Below are positions 36,995 to 47,094 of a DNA stretch of 64,000 nucleotides, in pieces. The notes under the pieces were generated by a model that ran no database searches, was not told the DNA's origin, and worked only from the letters and a program-made list of their open reading frames with translations. Each line of letters begins with the position of its first letter. The first letter of the stretch is position 1. Position numbers and translations under genes: made by a program. This DNA comes from Eledone cirrhosa (lineage: Eukaryota): contig OZ024741.1 in NCBI GenBank assembly GCA_964016885.1, positions 147,560,001 to 147,624,000 of the forward strand, given 5' to 3'.

Positions 36995-39981
36995 GACACA
37001 TACAATCCCACGCAATTATTCGCCTTCCTGTTCATGTCCAGCAGGAACAATCCGTCTATTTTGAGGAGGGACAAGAAAGACGAGCGCTAGAAAGAGCTGC
37101 GCAACGCAACACTCCTCTAACAGCATGGTTCTTGTTCAACCAAAATGATGAAAATGCAAGACAATATCTATATGTAGACATTCCTTATCATTATGTCTAC
37201 AAAAAAACAACGCAGTGGACTCCCAGACAACGTAGAGCTGACAAAATCAGAAGTCGAATGTATTCTGTCAACCCCAAGTATCATGAAAAATGTTACATGA
37301 CACTTTTGTTAAAGGAGCTCGAAATTTCGAAGAACTGAAAACCGTGGATGAGATCATTTGCAGCAGCTATAAAGAAGCAGCAGAGTGCCGGCAGTTGGTT
37401 CAAAATGACAATGAGTGGAAAAGATGCTTAAAAGAGGCTTCTTCGACAAATATGCCAAAGCACATCCGGCAGCTGTTTGCACTCTTTTGCATTTTCAATA
37501 ATTCAGTCAATCCTGACGTACTGTTCAACAAGTTTGAAGATAGTTTGACTGAAGACTTCCTTAGACATCACACTTGAAAAATCTCAGTACAACTGGCTTT
37601 ACGAGAAATTTTGAATAATGCCCAGAATGTAAAACAAAACCAGGACGACCTTGGAGTGGAAGCACAAATTACTTCTTTGACAGACAACCAGCATCGCGTG
37701 TTTGATCAAATTGTCACAGCTATTGGTGAAGAACACCGACCTAGCAGATTTTTCTTCTTAGATAGCTCTGGTGGTACAGGAAAAACGTACCTCTACAATA
37801 CCTTAATATCGCCTTTGAGTCGTCAAAGAAAGAAAGTTCTCTCATTTGCTACAACAGGCATTGCGGCTGATCTATTGCACCAAGGAAGAACTGTACACAT
37901 TGGCTTTAAGCTCCCAGTCCCTAACTTTGAAAATTCTACATCACTAATGAAGATTCCATCACAGCACTCTGAAAAGTTAAGATTAGCTGACCTAATAATA
38001 ATTGATGAGGCATCAATGCTTTCAGGAAATGCATTGAGGTGCATTGATCTGCTGCTAAAAGAAATAATTGTTTCTACTTTAGGCACAAGGCCAGCAATTA
38101 CCCAGTGCATTACTGGTACTTTATTTTATCGACCCCGTAAGGATGAAAGGCAAAGTTAACCTCGGCGGTATTTGAACTCAGACCATAAAGGTCCGTAATT
38201 CTTCACTGCAAAGCACGGCGTGCGACCCTCTACCGATACTGCCAATTCACGAAATAATTGTTTCTACTTTTGGCACAAGGCCAGCAATTATCTCAGTGTA
38301 TTACTGGTACTTTATTTTATCGACCCCGTAAGGATGAAAGGTAAAGTTAACCTCGGCGGGATTTGAACTCAGATCATAAAGGGCCGTAACTCTTTGTTGC
38401 AAAGCATGGCGTTCGACCATCTACCGATACTGCCAATCCACCGCCGTTCACGAAATAATTGTTTCCACTTTAGGCACAAGGCCAGCAATTACCCAGTGCA
38501 TTACTGGTACTTTATTTTATCGACCCCGTAAGGATGAAAGGTAAAGTCAACCTCGGTGGGATTTGAACTCAGATCGTAAAGGGACGTAACTATGCTGGAA
38601 AGCATGGCGTCCGACCCTCTACCGATACTGCCAATCCACACGAAATAATTGTTTCTACTTTTGGCACAAGGCCATCAATTAGCCAGTACATTACTGGTAC
38701 TTTATTTTATCGACCCCGTAAGGATGAAAGGCAAAGTCAACCTCGGCGGGATTTGAACTCAGATCGTAAAGGGACATAACTATGCTGGAAAGCATCGCGT
38801 CCGACCCTCTACCGATACTTCCACGAAATAATTGTTTCTACTTTAGGCACAAGGCCAGCAATTACCCAGTGCATTACTGGTACTTTATTTTATCGACCCC
38901 GTAAGGATGAAAGGCAAAGTCAACATTGGCGGGATTTGAACTCAGATCGTAAAGGGAAGTAACTATGCTGGAAAGCATGGCGTCCGACCCTCTACCAATA
39001 CTGCCAATCCACCGTGAAATAATGCCACGAAATAATGAACTGCCATAAGCCTTTCGGCTTAAGGGGACTTTAGGCAAACTGCACCGGTTATTCCGAGAGG
39101 GTCAAATGCTGCTATAATTTAATCTTCTATCAAATATTCTCCTCTGTGGACAGATGTGACAATTTTTACTTTAACTGAGCATATGCAAATAAATGGACAA
39201 GAAGAATTCAATGCATGGCTTCTTAGTATAGGAAATGGAACAATCACTAATGATGTGGACTTGGATAAAGATCTAATAGAAATACCTGAAACCATGATTT
39301 CATCGAGACGTATTTGGCGACGACATTTCTGTAGTAATTTCGACAAAAATTATTATAACACCAAAAGACAGATTCAATCGAACTGAATCCCAAGATAGTA
39401 TCACTTCTAGATGGTGACTTACAGATATATCAAAGTGTTGATGTGTTGGTTGTGACGAAAATGATGAGAATATCGTGAATTATCCGGAAGAGTTTTTGAA
39501 TTCTATGATGCCTTTAGCCATGGCTCCCATACAATCTAGCACCGAAGAAAAATTCTATGATGTTGCTGAGAAATTTGGATCCTGCTAATGGCTTGCTGAA
39601 TGGTACTCGATTTTTTGTTTTATTTTCTAGTGAATTTTATATTCATGCAAAAATCATTACTGGCAGTAAAAAGTGAAATGAAGCTTTCATACCAAGAGTT
39701 AACCTGTGTCCGAGTGAAACAGATCTACCCTTCAATATGAGCAGACGACAGGTCCCTGTGATACCAGCTTTTGCCATGACCATAAACAAATCGCAAGGAC
39801 AGAGCTTCGAAAAAGTGGTATTTACTTGCCAGCTCCCGTATTTAGTCACCGCCAGCTTTATGTGGCCTTAAATCGTACGAGAAGGAAGAAAATTCTTTTG
39901 AAGGAAACAAGCAGTCAAGGCATGTTAGTTGCGGATAGATTTTTCACAAAAAAATTTGTAATGAAAGAATTATTAAACTAA
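36995..39981 (+). pseudogene. Helitron Rep/Helicase C-terminal half (PIF1-family helicase), decayed and interrupted by a SINE array
   Basis: RLPVH, TPLTAWF, FFLDSSGGTGKTYLYN (Walker A), ATTGIAADLL..GRTVH, IIIDEASM (Walker B), GDFRQ, LLRNLDPANGLLNGTR, AFAMTINKSQGQS. Confidence 0.93.
38069..39015 (-). mobile_element. Five tandem tRNA-SINE copies
   Basis: Units of about 185-200 bp separated by GAAATAAT at 38061, 38251, 38452, 38642, 38825 and 39016. Confidence 0.92.
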
Positions 39982-40011
39982 AAACTTGGTTTTGTACCCT
40001 TTTTATATATA

Positions 40012-40273
40012 AAATATTACAGAGGAGACTGAGGTTAGCTGGACATGTTCACCGACATCCAGAGTTGACATTGCACTCGGTGCTCCTGTGGGAGCCCCTA
40101 CATGGACACACTAGAAGAGGAAGACCAAGGTTAACGTATGTTGATGCCCTAGGGACAGACACTGGTCTGTTGGAGACGCAGGACATGGCAGCGATAATGA
40201 GGGACAGAGACCGCTGGAGAGAACTCGTCCATGGATCTCGGGAATTTTACCAGCCTTAGATAGATAGATAGAT
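40012..40273 (+). mobile_element. RTE-family 3' fragment with (AGAT)n tail inside the Helitron 3' UTR
   Basis: QRRLRLAGHVHRHPELTLHSVLLWEP.HG.RRGRPRLTYVD..MRDRDRWR. Confidence 0.85.
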
Positions 40274-40694
40274 ACTACAATTAACGGTCATTTTTCACGG
40301 CACGGGGTTAGCTAGTCTATACAAATAAAAGTCGAATCGTCTCCGTCTGTGTGTCAGACCGCTCGTGAGATGAATGAATTAAAATAAAGAAAGGGGGATA
40401 GTGAACATTCTACGGCGAAAAAAATCAAACAACGTTTCAACTTTTGCACAACGCTCTCTGTCTGTGTGTCTGTGTGTGTCTGTAAAAGGGAGGAAGGGAT
40501 GGTGTTAAAAACTGCTCTCTGTGAGTGTACGTGTCTCCAAAGGAGAATGAACTGGTGAGTAAATAATTATCATCATCATCGTCATTGTCATCATCATCAT
40601 CATCATCATCATCATCACCATCAACGTCATCATCATCATCGACTTAAGATTCTGATGAGGGACAGTATGACACTGGGAACAAAGGATGGTAAAA

Positions 40695-41610
40695 TACGGC
40701 ACTTCGCAGCTAGGGTGCCGCACTATGGTACTGCGGGCTAGGGTAGCACACTATGGAAATGGGGAGCTTTGGTGACACAGTATGGAATTTGGGAACTAGG
40801 GCGACCACAATATGGCAATGGGTAGATAGTGTAAGAAAATATGGCACGTTGAAGCTAGGGTGCCGCACTATGGTACCGCGGAACTAGGGTGGTACACTAT
40901 GGAAATTGGGAGCTTCAGTGACATAGTATGGAAATTTGGAACTAGGGCGATCCCACTATGGCAATGGGGAGGTAGGGTGGAAAGATGCGGCACTTCAGAG
41001 ATAAAGTGCCGCACTATCGGGCTGCGGAGCTAGGGTGGCACACTATGGAGATGAGGGAGCTTCAGTGACACATTATGGTAATTTGGAACTAGGGCGACCC
41101 CACTAAGGCAATGGGGAGGTAGGGTGGAAAATTCGGCACTTTGGAGCTAGAGTGCCGCACTGTGGCACTGCGGAGCTAGGGTAACACACTATGGAAATGG
41201 GGAGCTTCAGTGACACAGTATATAAATTTGGAACTAGGGCGACCCCACTATAGCAATGGGGAGATAGTGTAAGAATATATGGCACTTTTAATTTAGGGTG
41301 CCACACTATGGCACTGCGGAGCTAAGGTTAGACACTATGAGACTGTGGTGCTTCAGTGACGCAATATGGAAATATGGAGCTAGGGTGACCCCTATGACAA
41401 TGGGGAGGTAGGGTGGAAATGATGGTACTTCAGAGCTAGAGTGCCGTACTCTAGCACTGCAGAGCTAGGGTGGCACCGTATGGATCTGGGGTGCTTCAGT
41501 AACACAGTATGGAAATATGGAGGTAGGGTTACCCCTATGACAATGGGGAGCTTTTGTAAGAACATATGGCACTTTAAAGCTAGGGTGCCGCACTATGATA
41601 CTGCGGAGCT
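40695..41610 (-). repeat. approx. 145-bp satellite, about 6 units (same family as 23551-24018, opposite strand)
   Basis: CTAGGGTGCCGCACTATG-like motif recurs about every 145 bp from 40710 to 41580. Confidence 0.9.
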
Positions 41611-41801
41611 GTAGCTATACACATTCCAATACATATCTGTATACAACTATACTTGAAGCTAAATTGTAATTCTATTCTAATATAAGTTGAACCAACATAT
41701 ACTGCTTCATATGCAAATGAGATTAATCACCTCATTTACACAGACGAGAAAACCATATATTCTCGCCTGTTTTCAAGTCCAGTAGTTGCAAGAGTGGGAG
41801 G

Positions 41802-41849
41802 GATCGTGCTGATGAGAACCAGTTCAGTTCGAAATATGCATCCACGATT
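41802..41849 (+). ncRNA. Canonical type I hammerhead ribozyme
   Basis: GAUCGUG CUGAUGA GAAC CAGUUCA GUUC GAAA UAUGC AUC^ CACGAUU: 7-bp stem I, 4-bp stem II, intact core, short stem III; predicted cleavage after 41842. Confidence 0.85.
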
Positions 41850-42118
41850 GTCCCCCTTGCTTCTGTTGGACACCGCCAGACGGCGTTAGTCGCTGGTGTT
41901 TTGGCAATATCGACGAGATGGTCCAGGTTTGTCAAAGTATCAAGAGTTGGTTTCTCGTTGCTTTGGTCCTTGCGGCTGGCTTACCGGTCACAATCTTCAA
42001 TTTATCAAGCTGTATAAACGTAATGTTATTACTCTAAGGTAAAACTACACATTCCGAATTGCATTCGTTAGCATGGCCGCAGCCAGAGCTTCGATTCTAC
42101 TGAACTTTCATTTGTATA

Positions 42119-42946
42119 TCTCCTTATAATATATAACCAGCAATTTCTCTGTCTGTCCGACAGTGGAAACACGTGCGCGCGTGCGAATGTTTTTTGCGCA
42201 CGCGTAGAGAGAGAGTGAGAGTGAAAGAAAGAGACAGACTACGAGAGGGGGATAGCGGGAGGGGGAGAGAGAGAGAGTGAATAGACGCTAAAACACGTGC
42301 GCGCGTGAGAATGTTTTTTGCGCACGCGTAGAGAGAGAGTGAGAGTGAAAGAAAGAGACAGACTACGAGAGGGGGATAGCGGGAGGGAGAGAGAGAGAGA
42401 GTGAATAGACGCTAAAACACGTGCGCGCGTGAGACTGTTTTTTGCGCACGCGTAGAGAGTGAGAGTGAAAGAAAGAGACAGACTACGAGAGGGGGATAGC
42501 GGGAGGGAGAGAGGGGGGAATTGAGGAGTGCTACAGAAACATATATACATTTCTGTGTGTGTGTAATATATATATATATATACACACACAGAAATATATA
42601 TATATACACACAGAAATATATATACATTTCTGTGTGTGTAATATATATATATATACACACACAGAAATATATATACATTTCTGTGTGTGTAATATATATA
42701 TATATACACACACAGAAATATATATACATTTCTGTGTGTGTAATATATATATATATACACACACAGAAATATATATACATTTCTGTGTGTGTAATATATA
42801 TATATATACACACACAGAAATATATATACATTTCTGTGTGTGTAATATATATATATATACACACACAGAAATATATATACATTTCTGTGTGTGTAATATA
42901 TATATATATACTAGCAGAAAACCACACGTGGGCGGTTTTCTGCTAG
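42119..42946 (+). mobile_element. Non-autonomous Helitron-like element filled with tandem repeats
   Basis: A|TC 5' end, hairpin plus CTAG|T 3' end; 3 x approx. 122-bp units (42167-42520) and about 7 x 50-bp self-palindromic units (42535-42910). Confidence 0.6.
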
Positions 42947-42958
42947 TATATATATATA

Positions 42959-42995
<37 letters not shown>

Positions 42996-42998
<3 letters not shown>

Positions 42999-43750
42999 AA
43001 ATAAAACAAGGACGAGTGGTTACTCCTTCATTACGTTTATTGGTTCGATCTAGCCTGACTCTGTAATCCACGGCTCGCTAGATACCTTTTAATATTAATG
43101 AAAAAATGATTATACATGGCGTATGAGAAAATCTGATGTTCCTATGCTGGTCAGTGAGATTTGTTTTGATTGGTGGGTTAATTCAGAGGGATGATTTTGC
43201 CAGTAGTGTATGTGGGGGGTGGGGTGATTAGTTGGTAGTGCGGGACGTAGGTTGAGGTGGGTGTCGGCGTACGGCGTGCTGATTGTCGCTGGACTGTTTG
43301 GCGTGTAGATGTGGCTGATCTGTGTGGTGGTGGTGGTGCAATTTAGGATACTGGATGTTAGGTGTGGTAGTGGATATTATAAGGAGTTAATGATCAGAGT
43401 GTATGTAAAGGCATATAGATACATATATACACGCAGCCACACAAACATAGTATATACATACACGTGTGTGTATATATACGCCAGTGGGGATACGTGGTGT
43501 GGGCGAGTGCATAAACATACGTACACACAAACACGCACACATGCGGTGTTTAGGGTGGGGTGTTAGGTGTGGTATGTGTTGGGGAGATTGATGGTTGTGG
43601 ATGTATGGCGATGTGTTTGGTTATGGGGGTGGGGTGATGAATACGACATGACATTTAAAAGATCGAATCTTACAATGGGTTACATGTTTAAAATGATAGA
43701 GAAAATAATGGTACTGAAATGAGAGATGGTGTGGTAAGGTATTGGTGATT
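42996..43750 (-). mobile_element. Possible Penelope-like 3' UTR/pLTR remnant
   Basis: C/A-rich on the minus strand like 20000-20650; stem ATCTAGC/GCTAGAT at 43048-43083; microsatellite-flanked; no ORF evidence. Confidence 0.35.
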
Positions 43751-43756
43751 ATCTCT

Positions 43757-43813
<57 letters not shown>

Positions 43814-43818
<5 letters not shown>

Positions 43819-44264
43819 ATATTAAATAAATGGAAACTATATTTATAAAACCATATTTATTTTATTATATTATTTTATTTTATTATCTATATTTCAAGGG
43901 TACCAAAAGACTTTGGTACGCTTTCTTCAGATAATATACAAAGTTTGTTTTATAAATAGAGACATACCCAGGAAAATCATACCTTATCAGTTGGTTATTC
44001 TCTGGATAATAGAGAATATCCAACTGATAAGGTATGATTTTCCTGGATATGTCTCTATAAAACAAACATGGTATTTTATCTGAAGAAAGCGTACTAAAGT
44101 CTTTTGGTACCCTTAATAAAATAAATATGGTTTTATAAATATAGTTTCCATTTATTTAATATCATTGAATATTTACTCCAGGAACTGTTGAGTGCTCTAA
44201 ATCAGTTATAAACATTTATATTTATATTTGTCGGATTTCCAACAAATTAAATGCCCCTTCTACT

Positions 44265-44265
<1 letters not shown>
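43814..44265. mobile_element. (TA)n-flanked palindromic mini-element carrying hammerheads
   Basis: 43814-44002 is inverse of 44012-44167; tail 44171-44260 recurs at 45441-45535. Confidence 0.85.
43880..43934 (-). ncRNA. Type I hammerhead ribozyme
   Basis: UUAU CUGAAGA AAG-C-GUACCAAA GUCU UUUGGUAC-C-CUU GAAA UAUAG AUA^ AUAA. Confidence 0.75.
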
Positions 44266-44343
<78 letters not shown>

Positions 44344-44705
44344 CTGTAGTTTTATGTATGTGTGTGTATATGTATGTGGACAATTTTTAATGAGGGCTCA
44401 TATATTCTAAACCATTCATGCGATTTCTTTGACATTTTTTACAGAGCTTCTCTTTGCACAAAACCTGTAAATGATCTACAAAGGCTTTCAAATATCGATA
44501 TTGGGGCCTTTGGAGACATTAAAAAAGTCTCGATTATTTGTGTGAATTTTCGTGATTGAGTAAGACAAGAGTTATCTTTCGTAATCAAGAGTTATCTTTC
44601 GTAATTCGACTCATTCGGATTTTAATTTACTCTTTGTACTTGAAAGAAAGAGACTAACAATATAATTTTGTATATTTCACAACCAGCAATTTTTAACAGA
44701 TTACT

Positions 44706-44961
44706 AAGAGAAAATAAGGGTACAGAAAGTGAGTTCAGAGAGTAATAAAAGTCGTAGTAGATGTAAGGCGTAAAGAGCAAAGAAGTTCAAGGTGGTTAAG
44801 TCATCGTAGCAAAGAAGAAGTTCAAGGTGGTTGAGTTCTTTTTTTAGTTCTTTTTTGCTACGATGACTTAACCACCTTGAACATCTTTGCTCTTTACGCC
44901 TTACATCTACTACGACTTTTATTACTCTCTGAACTCACTTTCTGTACCCTTATTTTCTCTT
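44706..44961. repeat. Palindrome with approx. 114-bp arms
   Basis: 44706-44819 is inverse of 44848-44961; the loop repeats arm sequence GAAGTTCAAGGTGGTT. Confidence 0.9.
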
Positions 44962-45121
44962 TCTCCCTTATCTCCTCTTATTTTTTAACTTTTTCTTATG
45001 TTATTTATTTTCCTTATTCCCACCTACTTTCTACCTTACCCTTTACATACCCACCCCCTTTTGATTTTTAGATATTAATTTTACGTGTATGTATGTTGTC
45101 GTGTATATGTGTATATAAGTG

Positions 45122-45170
<49 letters not shown>

Positions 45171-45791
45171 ATATGTATGTAAAAAATGTATATATATATA
45201 TGTGTATGTATGTGTATATATATATATATGTATGTGTGTGTTTATGTGTGTGTGTGTGTATTTTTATTTATGTGGTGTAACCCTTTGTACTTATGTGTGT
45301 GTGTATATTAGTGTGTGTGTATGTATACATATATATATATATATATATATGTATGTAGTTGGTTGTGTGTGTGTATGTATGGTTTTGTATGTATATGCAT
45401 AATTACATACAGAGTTTTTTAATGCTTACTTTTATTGATTATTTGCTCCAGGAACTGTTGAGTGCTCTTAATCAGCTATAAACATTTATACCTTTATTTT
45501 TTATTTGTCTATGCCCTACTATTTGAATACCCCTTCCTTCCCTTTATTTTTATTTTGTGTATGTATGTATGTATATATATGTGTATGTGTATATGTATAT
45601 ATATATATGTATGTATATATATATATGTGTATATATGTATGTATATATATATATATGCATAAAATTGAAAATAAATTTTTATGTATTTCTTTTATATATA
45701 TATATATATGTGTGTGTGTATATGTTGTTATTTATGTATGTGTGTATATATATATATGTATATGTGTGCGTGTATATATATGTGTGTGTAG

Positions 45792-45827
<36 letters not shown>

Positions 45828-46289
45828 GTATATGTATTTACATATATATATATGTGTGTGTGTGTGTGTGTATGTGCGTGTGTACGTATGGGTATGTGTG
45901 TATGTAACTTTATAGTTTTTATATTTATGTTTTTATCTTTAAGAAATTGTTATGTTATACTATATGTGTGTATGTTGTTGTATGCATTTATGTGTGCGTG
46001 TATATGTATTTGTATGTATATACTCTTTTGTGTCTGTGCTGTGTTTATATGTATGGGGTGTGCTTGTATATTTATATGTATGTGTGTGTGTATATGTATA
46101 TATATATATGTGTGTGTGTATGTACATATATATATGTGTGTGTGTGTATATTTAAAGGTTAAACAAGGTTCAATGAATAAATCAAATGAGTTTTACAATA
46201 GATTGGAAGCACTCAACAAAAATGGTTTTCCGGAGTTATTAATATTAATTCAAAATATTAACAAAAATAGATATTCGTGTGATCAAGTA

Positions 46290-46356
46290 TATTTTATTAT
46301 ACATATTTCAGAGGTACTGAGCTATTTTCAATAGTACGTCCTCATCAGATAAAATA
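46290..46356 (-). ncRNA. Type I hammerhead ribozyme (left arm)
   Basis: UAUUUUAU CUGAUGA GGA-C-GUACU..AGUAC-C-UCU GAAA UAUGU AUA^ AUAAAAUA. Confidence 0.78.
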
Positions 46357-46455
46357 AGATGATGCATGACATACCCTGACATAGTAGATGGTTAAGATTC
46401 AGTCATGGTAGTCTACTTAACCATCTACTATATCAAGGTATGTCATGCATCATCT

Positions 46456-46521
46456 TATTTTATCTGATGAGGACGTACTGTTGAAGATAGCTCAGTACCT
46501 CTGAAATATGATAATAAAATA
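46456..46521 (+). ncRNA. Type I hammerhead ribozyme (right arm)
   Basis: UAUUUUAU CUGAUGA GGA-C-GUACUG..CAGUAC-C-UCU GAAA UAUG AUA^ AUAAAAUA; 8-bp stem I. Confidence 0.78.
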
Positions 46522-46568
46522 TTCTTGATCACACGAATATCTGTTTTTGTTAATATTTTGAATTAATA

Positions 46569-46610
<42 letters not shown>

Positions 46611-47094
46611 ACAAACTTATGTATAGCATTGAGCAGAAACATGTTGATAACGTGACTTCCTTGTTCAGTCATCTTACCAGAAGCCTAACATCCTTTATGT
46701 AAGCGGACAGTAAATGACTTATGGAGCCGCAGAAACCCAAATACTGGATTATACCATCTCTCCAGAGGTCCGGGTAAATTTTCAATCATATATATTTTTA
46801 TATTTTTATATTTTTATATTTGCTTGACCAGAATTACTTGATCGTTTTTTCGCTGTGCGGATGATTGGTTTAACCACCATCTCAGTGTGTTTGGCCTTTA
46901 ACGTATGTTGTAGCTCTAATTCATATGAATTATCGAGCGCTTGCCACACAGCTGGGAAGTGTTTTTCGTTAATTCCTGAGCTGAAATTCGATTCTCGCTA
47001 ATTTATACTTATATTTATATATATATATTTAGGTTTTTTTGTGCATTTACTTACCACGTGCGTTTGGTCATTTATTATTATTATTATTATTATT

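Larger units (their letters stand above)
46242..46569. mobile_element. Palindromic mini-element (approx. 155-bp arms) with a hammerhead in each arm
   Basis: 46242-46396 is inverse of 46416-46569; microsatellite tracts nearby on both sides. Confidence 0.9.

Noticed and set aside
36995-39981. Host PIF1 helicase gene
   Set aside because: Intronless, carries Helitron Rep/Hel linker motifs upstream, is followed by a CTAG terminus at 40315 and is decayed
40652-40682. CTGATGA motif (also CTGACGA at approx. 29383 and minus approx. 52410-52416)
   Set aside because: No correctly placed GAAA, stem III or stem I
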